Assembly (NCBI GenBank): GCA_013298445.1
Contig: JAAFHQ010000001.1
Location: 1 to 42,142 of the forward strand
Source of the DNA: Chitinophagales bacterium
Lineage (GTDB): Bacteria > Bacteroidota > Bacteroidia > Chitinophagales > Saprospiraceae
Length of the DNA stretch: 42,142 bases
Direction of reading: 5' to 3'
A program made the translations under genes and the position numbers. Below the pieces are notes generated by a model. That model made no database searches and had not been told where the DNA came from. It saw only the letters and a program-made list of their open reading frames with translations. Positions 1 to 8,688 of the stretch are shown one piece after another. Numbering within the stretch: position 1 is the stretch's first letter; every line of letters begins with the position of its first letter.

Positions 1-359
1 TTAACTTTTAAGGAGTTTTCGGGCAAGTACGTTACGCTTACAGCAATATCGCTACTACGGTCAGCCAATCGTATCAGTTCTTTTTGCTCTTGATTTAAGA
101 TATCGCTAGTACCCGAAGCCGTTGTTTTGGTTCCATTTTTATAGGCTGAAATTTCCACGGAAATGTATTTTTTTACCCAAGATGTGGGGTATCGTTTGTC
201 CAAATCCGTAAGTGTGTTTATTTCAGCCAACTTATTTTCCTGGATCGAAATGAATGGTAGAACTTTGTTTACTTCAAATTTCAGCTCATTCTGAGCAAAA
301 CTGTTGAAAGCGCATCCGATCGAGAGAAGTGCTACGAGTAAAAACTGATTTTTTTTCAT
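1..359 (-). CDS. Secreted protein, N-terminal part only (runs off window start); possibly a Bacteroidota TonB-C-domain family protein
   Basis: Not in ORF track. Manual translation from ATG (CAT at 357-359): MKKNQFLLVALLSIGCAFNSFAQNELKFEVNKVLPFISIQ...YPTSWVKKYISVEISAYKNG...VTYLPENSLKV, open to base 1, with Sec signal peptide (SFA|Q). TATCTTTG promoter upstream. The TonB guess is recollection only; the C-terminus is not visible. Confidence 0.75.
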   Translation of the reverse strand, partial: MKKNQFLLVALLSIGCAFNSFAQNELKFEVNKVLPFISIQENKLAEINTLTDLDKRYPTSWVKKYISVEISAYKNGTKTTASGTSDILNQEQKELIRLADRSSDIAVSVTYLPENSLKV

Positions 360-391
360 ACCAGCATTTTTAAAAAGCATTAGGAATGAGG

Positions 392-399
392 CAAAGATA
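392..399 (-). promoter_or_regulatory. Bacteroidota primary-sigma -7 element (TATCTTTG) for the 1..359 gene
   Basis: caaagata on + reads TATCTTTG on -, matching TAnnTTTG, about 30 nt upstream of the ATG. Confidence 0.6.
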
Positions 400-448
400 A
401 GTCCTCATTTTTAGATAGGCACTTGAAATGTCTGCCTTGCTGCATTTT

Positions 449-706
449 TTATTCACAACTAATCTTAGCAATAAGCCATTTGCCGTTTTCTTTGACCAAT
501 TCCAATTTGCTGGCTCCTACAGTAATCTTTCCCTGATTTGTGCCGATCTGGTTTTTAATGAAAACAACTTGACCGCACTCGACCAAGTCAATACTTCTGC
601 GATCGTAAAATTCAGTTTGATGCAGCAGTTTTAGCGCTTGACTAAATTTTTGCGGGGTCTGCAAAGCAACCCAAGCGCAGTAAAAGAGGTATAGAGTAGA
701 GCGCAA
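449..706 (-). CDS. Small hypothetical protein or gene remnant with NTF2-like C-terminal strand
   Basis: Ends KLELVKENGKWLIAKISCE, resembling the LxKxxGxWxI terminal strand of NTF2-like domains. TTG start and unconvincing N-terminus. Confidence 0.3.
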   Translation of the reverse strand: MRSTLYLFYCAWVALQTPQKFSQALKLLHQTEFYDRRSIDLVECGQVVFIKNQIGTNQGKITVGASKLELVKENGKWLIAKISCE

Positions 707-782
707 ATCAAATGTTTTGCACTTTGCCTATTCCAAAAACGTAATGCTACTTGTTAACAAGTTTCAATCCACTGAGTTGACC

Positions 783-1538
783 ATGAAAAACCTATTGCCA
801 ATCTTGCTCCTGTTCCTCCTAGCAGCATGCTCCAACGAGGTGATTGAGCCTGAGGAACCCACCGTAAAAGGCACCTTCCTGCTGCACTTACACGCCTACG
901 TCGGTTTACAGGAGGTAGATTTGTACGGCATCAATTACGAAACACCCGAGGGGCGCAGCATGTCTCTGGACTTTTCACAGCTGTACATTTCGGACGTGCA
1001 GTTGGTCAAATCTGACGGCTCCGTTTATGCGATCAAGAACAAAAGTTTCCTGAAGAACCTTAAAGTGCACACCTACGAGATTGGTCAAGTTCCCATAGGC
1101 ACATACAAGTCGATCCGCTTTAAAGTGGGTCTTCCACCTAATACCAATGCCTTGAATCCTACAACCCCGAGCGATTCCGCGATTCTCAATCAGCCCAGCA
1201 TGTGGTGGGGGAATACCGCCCAACCCGGCGGATACGTCTTTTTGAACGTTCAGGGGAAAATCGACACTTCGCTCACCATGAATAAAACTCCCGTGCCTTT
1301 TGTGTATAAAATCGGCACCAATACCAATTATGTACAAGTCCAACTGGGCGAAAAAGAATTTACCATTGAAGAGGATGCTTATGTATATGGGCACCTCATC
1401 GTCGACTACAGTAAACTTTTTACTGGCATCACCCTGAATCAAGCTGCGTCCCTCAGCGTAAAAACGGCGGCAGAAAACAACGCTGCCTTAGGGCAAAAAA
1501 TCGCCAAGAACATCCCGGCCATGTTTACTTATGAATAA
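783..1538 (+). CDS. MbnP-family (DUF6595-like) lipoprotein
   Basis: Start refined to ATG 783 (MKNLLPILLLFLLAAC, lipobox LAA|C). Motifs LYISDVQL, GTYKSIRFKVGLP and SMWWG...GGYVFLNVQG resemble Bacteroidota MbnP proteins (YxSxxxL; GxYxxxxFxxG; MxWxWxxGYxFxxxxG). Confidence 0.7.
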   Translation: MKNLLPILLLFLLAACSNEVIEPEEPTVKGTFLLHLHAYVGLQEVDLYGINYETPEGRSMSLDFSQLYISDVQLVKSDGSVYAIKNKSFLKNLKVHTYEIGQVPIGTYKSIRFKVGLPPNTNALNPTTPSDSAILNQPSMWWGNTAQPGGYVFLNVQGKIDTSLTMNKTPVPFVYKIGTNTNYVQVQLGEKEFTIEEDAYVYGHLIVDYSKLFTGITLNQAASLSVKTAAENNAALGQKIAKNIPAMFTYE

Positions 1539-1586
1539 TCAACAGATCCTTAGCCGACTATTTTTAACACCCAACAACATTCATTC

Positions 1587-3737
1587 ATGAAACACATCTA
1601 CCTTTTTCCCATCAATATACTCGCTTTGCTGGCGCTCTTGATGCTTTCCAGCCAGTCGCTTTGGGCCCATTTTGGTTCAAAAGGCCCTTTTGGTGGCTCG
1701 GTCAGTGTAGCCATTACCAACGATTCTACTGTATACGTCGGAACTTTTAATGGAGGTGTTTATGAGAGTACCAACTCAACACTAAGCAATTGGCGGCCTT
1801 TACCTGTGGGTTTGAGGAGCGGCAAAATAACGGCACTTGCCCATTCGGGAACAAATCTGTTTGCCGGAACCCTGGACGATGGCGTCTACATTTACAGTGG
1901 CCTGGTTGGTACTGACAAACATTGGGTGAGAATCAGCAATGGGTTGACCAATCTGAAGATCACCTCACTGGTCGCCCTGGATGCCAATACCCTGATTGCG
2001 GGTACCGAAAGTGGAGGCGTGTACAAAACCACCGACAAGGGCGCCAACTGGAAAGCCCTGAACAGTGCCTGGTTGAACGGTACAACGGTAACTGGTCTGT
2101 TGAAACTCGGCAACCGCATCATCGCCTCTTCCCGCGAAGGTGGAGTGTTTGTGACCAAAGACGGCAACGGATGGGACAGTTTCAGCGATGGAAAAACCCT
2201 CGACGTGGATGGCACCAACTCCATTTCCTACAACGCCAAAACCAATGAACTGGCGGTTATCAATCGGGATGGCCTGTTCATTTTGTCCAACGCCAGTGCG
2301 GTGACGGGCAACATCAACTACCGAAGCATTCAAACTGGACTGCCATCTGGAACAAACATGCGCGCCATCGGAAACAATGGCGACAATTGGTTTTTGACTA
2401 CCAACAAAGGTGTTTATACTTCTACCACAGGTGCCACCTGGGCTCCAGCAAATAATGGGCTGGCGACCAGCGATGTTACCGTAGTACTGGGCTTCAGGAC
2501 AACGGTGTTACTTGGCACTCGGGTTGAAGGCATTTACACCGCTCCGGGCAGTACGCTCAACTGGGTGGGCCGCAATACCAATTTCAACAACCTCCAAACC
2601 TACGCCATGGAGGCCAGCGGTGAACGGATCGTGGTGGCTGCTACGGAAAAAGGTGTCTACGTCAGTCGGGACCTGGCCTCTACTTATGTGCGCGCCAACA
2701 AGGGTTTGAAAGACAGCCTCAACGTCAGCTACCTTAAGTTTTTTGGCAGCAACTTGTATGCATCCACCCAAAATGCAGGGGTATTTGTCAGCCCCGATAC
2801 GGGAAAAACCTGGACAGCACTTAACGGAGGTTTGCTCGATTTGAACATTAAAAAAATCTACGCATCCAGCAGCAACCTCTACATCCTGGACGATAGCTAT
2901 GGCGTATTTCAACTGAACGGCTCTACCTGGAGTTCAATTCAAGCAGGGTTGCCCAGCAATACGCTGCTCAGCTCAATGGCCTTTTACGGCAGCAAAATCC
3001 TGCTGGGTACGCTGGGTCAAGGGGTATTCATCCGCGAAGCAGCCGGAGGTACCTGGACTGCGGCCAACACTGGACTTGGCAATCTGCGGGTAACTTCAGT
3101 GGCCACCAATGGCAGCAAGTTGTTTGCCGGAACCGATGGAGCGGGTGTATTTGTAGCCAATCTTGATGCGGCAAACTGGACGGCAACGGCGGCTACCTCC
3201 ATTTCACATACCACTTTGATGGGCCTGGATGGCAGCAAAATACAAGACATGGCCTATTACAACGGCTATATTTTTGCCAGCTACAAAGGCGGCTTATTGG
3301 CCACTTCGGACAATGGCCAAACCTGGATTGCTGGAGGGAATCAATTCAATTTGCCGAGTTATACTAGTGTGCAGCGAATTTCCTTTGTGACTACTCGGGT
3401 TTTTGTTTCCACGGAAAATAATTCGGTATACTCCAATGCGCTTTCCGAGCTTCCAGCCGTTGTCACTGGCGTAAACGACCTCAATCCGGCCTTAAGCGCA
3501 GCTATTCGGATTGTGCCCAACCCCAATGATGGCCGCTTCGCCATTCAGTTGGACGATGTTGATATCAAAGTGGAAAGGATCACGATGTTTGACAACATGG
3601 GGCGAAGAATTCAGGATTTGGGCAGTACCAATGACCTGCAAAACCTGCGGACAAGTGTGAATTTGCCAAGCGGGATTTATTTTGTACACATTCGTACGAA
3701 TGAAGGACTTGCGGTAAAAAGGGTAGTGATTCGATAA
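1587..3737 (+). CDS. T9SS type A sorting domain protein with BNR/Vps10-like beta-propeller repeats
   Basis: Signal peptide ending SLWA|H. Repeated blades such as AGTESGGVYKTTDKGANW, VSPDTGKTW and TSDNGQTW (Asp-box). C-terminal IVPNPNDGRF...MFDNMGR...LPSGIYFVHI...KRVVIR is a T9SS CTD. Confidence 0.9.
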   Translation: MKHIYLFPINILALLALLMLSSQSLWAHFGSKGPFGGSVSVAITNDSTVYVGTFNGGVYESTNSTLSNWRPLPVGLRSGKITALAHSGTNLFAGTLDDGVYIYSGLVGTDKHWVRISNGLTNLKITSLVALDANTLIAGTESGGVYKTTDKGANWKALNSAWLNGTTVTGLLKLGNRIIASSREGGVFVTKDGNGWDSFSDGKTLDVDGTNSISYNAKTNELAVINRDGLFILSNASAVTGNINYRSIQTGLPSGTNMRAIGNNGDNWFLTTNKGVYTSTTGATWAPANNGLATSDVTVVLGFRTTVLLGTRVEGIYTAPGSTLNWVGRNTNFNNLQTYAMEASGERIVVAATEKGVYVSRDLASTYVRANKGLKDSLNVSYLKFFGSNLYASTQNAGVFVSPDTGKTWTALNGGLLDLNIKKIYASSSNLYILDDSYGVFQLNGSTWSSIQAGLPSNTLLSSMAFYGSKILLGTLGQGVFIREAAGGTWTAANTGLGNLRVTSVATNGSKLFAGTDGAGVFVANLDAANWTATAATSISHTTLMGLDGSKIQDMAYYNGYIFASYKGGLLATSDNGQTWIAGGNQFNLPSYTSVQRISFVTTRVFVSTENNSVYSNALSELPAVVTGVNDLNPALSAAIRIVPNPNDGRFAIQLDDVDIKVERITMFDNMGRRIQDLGSTNDLQNLRTSVNLPSGIYFVHIRTNEGLAVKRVVIR

Positions 3738-3780
3738 AATGCCTGTTGAAGTCTGCCACTTGTGTGTAACGGGCACAAAT

Positions 3781-3900
3781 TTTCTAAGGTGGCCCCTACT
3801 AAGGTGTCTGAGGTGGTGAATACATGCCCTGCTGCGCAGGGCTTTTCTTCTTTTCACCACCTCAGGCACCTTAGTTCACCTTAGGAGTCACCTTAGAGAA
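3781..3900. repeat. Palindromic intergenic element with CTAAGGTG units; probable bidirectional terminator
   Basis: Arm ctaaggtgtctgaggtggtgaa (3799-3820) pairs with ttcaccacctcaggcaccttag (3853-3874) with 1 mismatch. Inner hairpin gccctgc-tgc-gcagggc. Extra ctaaggtg/caccttag copies outside. Lies between convergent genes. Confidence 0.85.
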
Positions 3901-3976
3901 TAGGGCTCTAGTCCAAGCACTATCTAACTCACAAATAATTGATTTTCAATAATTTTCTTTAAAATTCCGCCCTATG

Positions 3977-4639
3977 TCAATCCTTCTTCCCGTACACCTT
4001 ACAAATCGGACAGTCCTCCCGCTTATGCCCCCGCGCCGGACAATACTGCCGACCAAAAAAGATAATTTGCAAGTGCAGCTTGTTCCATTTCTCACGAGGA
4101 AAGAGCGCCTTCAAATCCTTTTCGGTTTGCTCCACGTTTTTACCGCTACTCAAGCCCCAGCGTTCGGCCAGGCGGTGAATATGGGTATCTACAGGGAAAG
4201 CGGGTACACCAAAAGCCTGGCTCATTACCACTGAGGCGGTTTTGTGTCCTACCCCTGGCAAAGCTTCCAGTGCCGCAAAAGATTGGGGCACTTCTCCCCC
4301 ATGTTCCCGCAACAGGATACCCGACAAATCCCAAATGGCCTGGGCTTTACGGGGTGCCAGGCCACAGGGGCGGATGATGTCTTCGATTGCCGCTACGGAT
4401 TGTTGTTGCATCGCCGCCGGGTTGTCGGCCAGGGCAAAAAGATGCGGTGTGACCTTGTTGACCCGTTCATCGGTGCATTGGGCAGAAAGCAAAACCGAAA
4501 CCAGTAAGGTATAGGCGTCACTATGCGTCAGGGGTATCGGTGTCTCTGGGTACAGGTCCTCCAGGATTTGTAGGATTGCCGCCGCTTTTTGGCGGCGACC
4601 CGGTGCCCGTTTGGGTTTATTGGTATTCGAAGTGTCCAT
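3977..4639 (-). CDS. nth: Endonuclease III (HhH-GPD DNA glycosylase/AP lyase)
   Basis: LLVSVLLSAQCTDERVN, HhH LPGVGHKTA, FPVDTHIHR. Start refined to ATG 4639, overlapping the purM 3' end. Confidence 0.95.
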   Translation of the reverse strand: MDTSNTNKPKRAPGRRQKAAAILQILEDLYPETPIPLTHSDAYTLLVSVLLSAQCTDERVNKVTPHLFALADNPAAMQQQSVAAIEDIIRPCGLAPRKAQAIWDLSGILLREHGGEVPQSFAALEALPGVGHKTASVVMSQAFGVPAFPVDTHIHRLAERWGLSSGKNVEQTEKDLKALFPREKWNKLHLQIIFFGRQYCPARGHKREDCPICKVYGKKD

Positions 4640-5789
4640 AAGGGCTGAAGATACTGACCTGATTGAATGGATTTTCTTCAACGTGCCCCACCACTTTGGC
4701 TTCAATGTTGAAAGATTGCGCCAGTTCGATTACTTGATGGGCATACGCAGCAGACAGGTACACCTCCAGGCGTTGTCCCATGTTGAAGACCTGGTACATT
4801 TCTTTCCAGGTAGCTCCCGATTCGGCCTGGATCAGTTGGAACAAGGGCGGGGTTGGCAGCAGGTCATTTTTGACCACTTTTTTGTTGTCCAAAAATTTCA
4901 AAACCTTGGTTTGTCCGCCACCTGTGCAGTGAATCATGCCGTGAATGTGAGGGCGCAGTTGCTCCAGCAGGGGTTTGATAAAGGGTAAAAAGGTACGGGT
5001 AGGCGACAAAATCAATTTGCCAATTGGGATTTCCTGCCCCTGGATGTTGATGGTTTCGGTCAGTTTACGTTTGCCGGAATAGACCAAGTTTTCCGGAGTA
5101 GCCGGGTCGTAGGTTTCGGGGTATTTTGTCGCGTAGTCATGAGCCAACACATCGTGCCGAGCCGAAGTCAGGCCATTGCTGCCCATGCCACCGTTGTATT
5201 CGGTTTCGTAAGTCGTTTGTCCAGCCGAGGACAAACCTACGATCACGTCTCCCGCTTGAATATTGTTGCTGATGACCGCTGCACGAGGCATACGGGCAAA
5301 TGCGGTGTAACCTACATCGATGGTGCGCACGATGTCACCTACGTCGGCGGTTTCCCCTCCGGTCAAAAAAACGTTGATGCCCAGGGCATTCAGCTGATCA
5401 ACCAGTTCAGTGGTTGCATTGATGAGGGTACTGATGACTTCACCTGTGATCAGGTTCTTATTGCGGCCAATGGTAGAGGAAAGCAAAATATTGTCAATAC
5501 AGCCTACACAGCCCATGTCATCGAGGTTCATCACGATGGCATCCTGCGCGATGCCCTTCCACACACTCAGGTCGCCGGTTTCTTTCCAGTACAGGTAAGC
5601 GAGGCTGGTTTTGGTGCCGGCAGTATCGGCGTGCATCAAATTGCAATATTCGGGATCCATACCCGCTACGTCGGGAATGATTTTACAAAAAGCATTGGGA
5701 TACAAACCCTTATCCAGGTTTTTGATCGCCGCGTGGACTTCGTCTTTACTGGCCGAAACGCCCCGTTGATCATAGCGGTATTGGTCCAT
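4617..5789 (-). CDS. purM: Phosphoribosylformylglycinamidine cyclo-ligase (AIR synthase), Bacteroidota type
   Basis: RYDQRGVSASK, HADTAGTK, MNLDD, TGGETADVG, HCTGGG, EMYQVFNMG motifs. Confidence 0.9.
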   Translation of the reverse strand: MDQYRYDQRGVSASKDEVHAAIKNLDKGLYPNAFCKIIPDVAGMDPEYCNLMHADTAGTKTSLAYLYWKETGDLSVWKGIAQDAIVMNLDDMGCVGCIDNILLSSTIGRNKNLITGEVISTLINATTELVDQLNALGINVFLTGGETADVGDIVRTIDVGYTAFARMPRAAVISNNIQAGDVIVGLSSAGQTTYETEYNGGMGSNGLTSARHDVLAHDYATKYPETYDPATPENLVYSGKRKLTETINIQGQEIPIGKLILSPTRTFLPFIKPLLEQLRPHIHGMIHCTGGGQTKVLKFLDNKKVVKNDLLPTPPLFQLIQAESGATWKEMYQVFNMGQRLEVYLSAAYAHQVIELAQSFNIEAKVVGHVEENPFNQVSIFSPYGHFEYQ

Positions 5790-5819
5790 TTTTTAATTTA
5801 TGGTTGACAAAATGTGCCG

Positions 5820-5827
5820 CAAATATA
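5820..5827 (-). promoter_or_regulatory. -7 element (TATATTTG) for purM-nth
   Basis: caaatata on + reads TATATTTG on -, 30 nt upstream of the purM ATG. Confidence 0.65.
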
Positions 5828-5902
5828 CAAGACTTGTGATGCAGACACTGTGCTCTGCACAAAAAAGAATCAGTTAGGAGTGGTAAAAATTACAACATTC
5901 CT

Positions 5903-5932
5903 TTTGTCCTTCCGTTCTGTATCCTATATTTG
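5903..5932 (+). promoter_or_regulatory. Bacteroidota promoter (TTTG -33 and TATATTTG -7) for the M23 peptidase
   Basis: TTTG at 5903-5906 and TATATTTG at 5925-5932; divergent from the purM promoter. Confidence 0.65.
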
Positions 5933-6027
5933 CACAAAGGCATTATTCGTAACATTAGGCAGTGCTCACATATCCCCCCTTTCGCACGGTAATCGATAGC
6001 GAGCATTAGACCTATAAACTGCAAACA

Positions 6028-7347
6028 GTGTTGAACACAAAAATTCCTTTTAAACTGCGTGAGCAACTCACGCGGCTCAACTGGACGTGGGTCATAATCG
6101 GTACACTGGGCTTGGGATTGATTTTAACGCTAGCCGTTTCACCCAGCACTTCCCGCCACCTCAAGGCTTCTTTACTGGGCAAAGACCGCAATGCACCCAT
6201 TGGTGCCTTCCCGGTAGTGGTTCCAACCATCAAGTATGGTTTTGCCCTCGATACTTTCCAGGTATTTGAGTCCGAGTTTCACCGCAGCGAAAACCTGGGT
6301 GACATTTTGGTGAGCCACAACATGGAATATGCCGACATTGACAACCTGGTGCGCAACAGCCGCGATGTTTTTGATGTACGCGACCTTACCGCCGGTAAAC
6401 CTTACCTGATTTTATCCAAAGATTCTACTCAAGGGCCTGATTACATGATCTATGAGCCCAATTTGTACAAATATTACATTTTCCACCTCAAGGATTCTCT
6501 GTTCATTGAAAAAGTGGAAAGACCAATCACCACGGCCGTCCGCTCCTCTGGCGTAATCGTGGAGTCTTCCCTCTGGGAATCCATGGAGCGCAGTGGTGCA
6601 GACCCCGCCCTGATCAAATCGCTGGAAGAAGCCTTGAAATGGAGTGTGGATTTCCACCACCTCAATCGTGGTGAAGAATTTAAAGCGGTGTACGATCAGA
6701 ACTATGTAGAGGGTCAAGCGGTTGACCCAGGTCGGGTACACGCGGCTTTGTACAAAACCAATAACAAGGAAAACTTTGCTTTTTATTACGAAAGCGCCCA
6801 ATATACTGGCTATTACGATCAGGATGGTCGCCCAATGAAAAAAGGCTTCCTGCGTGCTCCGGTCAAATATGTACGCATTTCTTCGGGTTTCAACATGCGT
6901 CGTTTGCACCCGATTTTGGGAACGGTTCGTCCCCACTTTGGTACAGATTATGCGGCACCATATGGCACTCCGATCATTGCCGTGGGTGATGGCACGGTGC
7001 TGGAAGCTACCCGCCGGGGCGGCAATGGCAACTTTGTCAAACTCAAACACACTGGTCAGGTACAGACGCAATACTTGCACATGCAGGCTTTTGCACGGGG
7101 TATTCGTCCTGGTGTACGGGTTTCTCAAGGCCAGGTGATTGGTTATATCGGTTCAACGGGTTTGGCAACTGGCCCACACGTTTGTTTCCGCTTCTGGATG
7201 AATGGCCGTCAGGTCAACCACAATGGCCTGAAACTGCCACCACCGGAGCCACTGCCCAAAACTGAAATGGAAAAATTCGCGCCGATTCGCGACAAGTATA
7301 TGGCGATGTTGAAAGAGATTAAAGTGGAAGGGCCGGTAGAGCCTTAA
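6028..7347 (+). CDS. M23 family peptidoglycan DD-metalloendopeptidase (MepM-like)
   Basis: N-terminal TM anchor; HFGTDYAAPYGTPI (HxxxD), YLHM, GSTGLATGPHVCF (second His of HxH replaced by Cys). Confidence 0.92.
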   Translation: MLNTKIPFKLREQLTRLNWTWVIIGTLGLGLILTLAVSPSTSRHLKASLLGKDRNAPIGAFPVVVPTIKYGFALDTFQVFESEFHRSENLGDILVSHNMEYADIDNLVRNSRDVFDVRDLTAGKPYLILSKDSTQGPDYMIYEPNLYKYYIFHLKDSLFIEKVERPITTAVRSSGVIVESSLWESMERSGADPALIKSLEEALKWSVDFHHLNRGEEFKAVYDQNYVEGQAVDPGRVHAALYKTNNKENFAFYYESAQYTGYYDQDGRPMKKGFLRAPVKYVRISSGFNMRRLHPILGTVRPHFGTDYAAPYGTPIIAVGDGTVLEATRRGGNGNFVKLKHTGQVQTQYLHMQAFARGIRPGVRVSQGQVIGYIGSTGLATGPHVCFRFWMNGRQVNHNGLKLPPPEPLPKTEMEKFAPIRDKYMAMLKEIKVEGPVEP

Positions 7348-7359
7348 TTTGGTTTTAAC

Positions 7360-7421
7360 TCCATCCAATAAAAAAGGGTCAGATTTTGAATTCAAAATCT
7401 GACCCTTTTTTATTGGATGGA
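7360..7421. terminator. Perfect 62-bp palindrome; bidirectional intrinsic terminator
   Basis: tccatccaataaaaaagggtcagattttgaa followed directly by its exact reverse complement, with A/T tracts on both arms, between convergent genes. Confidence 0.85.
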
Positions 7422-7428
7422 ATGAACC

Positions 7429-7956
7429 TCACACCTTCTTCGGCAACTTCTTCCGATCCTCGGGCAGTCGTTTGAACTCCTTGCTGCCGTTCACCTCCAT
7501 GTTAAAATCATTCAAATCGGTATACTTCAGGCGGCCCTCCAGGTTGAGCAACAGGAAATTCTTTTCACCTTTGACAATCATGACCAAATCCGTAATGATG
7601 TCATTGCTTTCTTTGATCATGAAACGCACATGAGCATCGTCTCCTTTGAAATAAGCCAGATCTTCAAATTTGTCGTTCCGAAGCTGTTGCATCAATTGGT
7701 TGACGTCGTTGGCTTCTACGGGATTGGCTTCGTCAAAATTGAGCAGATGCAGGCTGGAAATGCTCCGCATGATGCGCATGGCTTCATCATCGTCGCTTTC
7801 TTTGGCGGCAAGTTTGAGGAACAAACCACCGATGTTGAGGCGGGTAGCTTGTTCGTATTTGCCGAATTTGCGCATAAAATCCTGTACAACTTGGTTTTGG
7901 GCATGCAATGCGAAGCCCAGGCCTAGCAGTGCCAGGCTGAAAATAATCTTCTTCAT
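7429..7956 (-). CDS. DUF4252 domain secreted protein (copy 3)
   Basis: Signal peptide LHA|Q; MRSISSLHLLNF, FEDLAYFKGDDAHVRFMIKE...DLVMIV...FLLLNLEG fits the DUF4252 pattern. Confidence 0.85.
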   Translation of the reverse strand: MKKIIFSLALLGLGFALHAQNQVVQDFMRKFGKYEQATRLNIGGLFLKLAAKESDDDEAMRIMRSISSLHLLNFDEANPVEANDVNQLMQQLRNDKFEDLAYFKGDDAHVRFMIKESNDIITDLVMIVKGEKNFLLLNLEGRLKYTDLNDFNMEVNGSKEFKRLPEDRKKLPKKV

Positions 7957-7977
7957 GGTGTTGATGAGTTTTGAGTG

Positions 7978-8095
7978 AGGGGCGATAAAAAAATAAGTGC
8001 TTCATTTTGCCAAAGGATTAGGTAAGTAAACGGTTCATTTTAAGTTTCTTATCTAATTCTTTGGCTCAGGAAAAATGAACACTTATTTTTGCCCC
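7978..8095. repeat. Imperfect inverted-repeat element inside the DUF4252 operon
   Basis: Left ggggcgataaaaaaataagtgcttcattttgccaaaggattaggtaagtaaac vs reverse complement of right arm ggggcaaaaataagtgttcatttttcctgagccaaagaattagataagaaac. Confidence 0.7.
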
Positions 8096-8142
8096 AATAC
8101 TAAGTGTGCAAATGTGCTGCTTGAGGGCAGCCCTTTAGTTAA

Positions 8143-8688
8143 TTAGGCTTGAGGTGATTTTCTGGCCTTGGCTTTTTCTTTCCAACCCAATTCCTTCAGG
8201 TAGTGATCCAGCACCTCGTTGATGTCTTTCATGCGCAGGCGGGTTTTGGCGCTCAGAAAAATGGTTTCGCCACCATCGCTGCCCACAACCAGCAATTCTT
8301 TGAGCCGACCTTTAGAGCCTTCCCGAATCATGATGTTGAGGTCGGTGTCTTCGTTGCGAACGTAGATCAGGTCGTCGTAATCGCTTTTGGCTTTGAGTCC
8401 GCTGACGAAGTTCGACAAATCATCTTTGGTGATGCTGTTGCTGTTTTCACTTTGCATCAGGCGAAATTTGCCCAATTTACGGGCGAGGCGTAGCCAGGTG
8501 CGGGTTTCTTCGTCCTTGATGCTGTTGTACACGAGTCCTGTGCCAATCCAAACCAACCAACCCGGTAATTTGAAGTTGGTAACTTCTTCCTGCTTTTTGA
8601 ATTTCTGGTAAAATTCACCCACCGAGTTTTGAGCAGATAAGCTGCCACTCAGGACTACCATGGTAAGGAGGAGGATCGCCGTTCTCAT
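8143..8688 (-). CDS. DUF4252 domain secreted protein (copy 2)
   Basis: Signal peptide LSA|Q; FYQKFKKQEEVTNFKLP, YDDLIYVRNEDTDLNIMIRE...KELLVV. ATGA overlap with the upstream gene. Confidence 0.85.
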   Translation of the reverse strand: MRTAILLLTMVVLSGSLSAQNSVGEFYQKFKKQEEVTNFKLPGWLVWIGTGLVYNSIKDEETRTWLRLARKLGKFRLMQSENSNSITKDDLSNFVSGLKAKSDYDDLIYVRNEDTDLNIMIREGSKGRLKELLVVGSDGGETIFLSAKTRLRMKDINEVLDHYLKELGWKEKAKARKSPQA

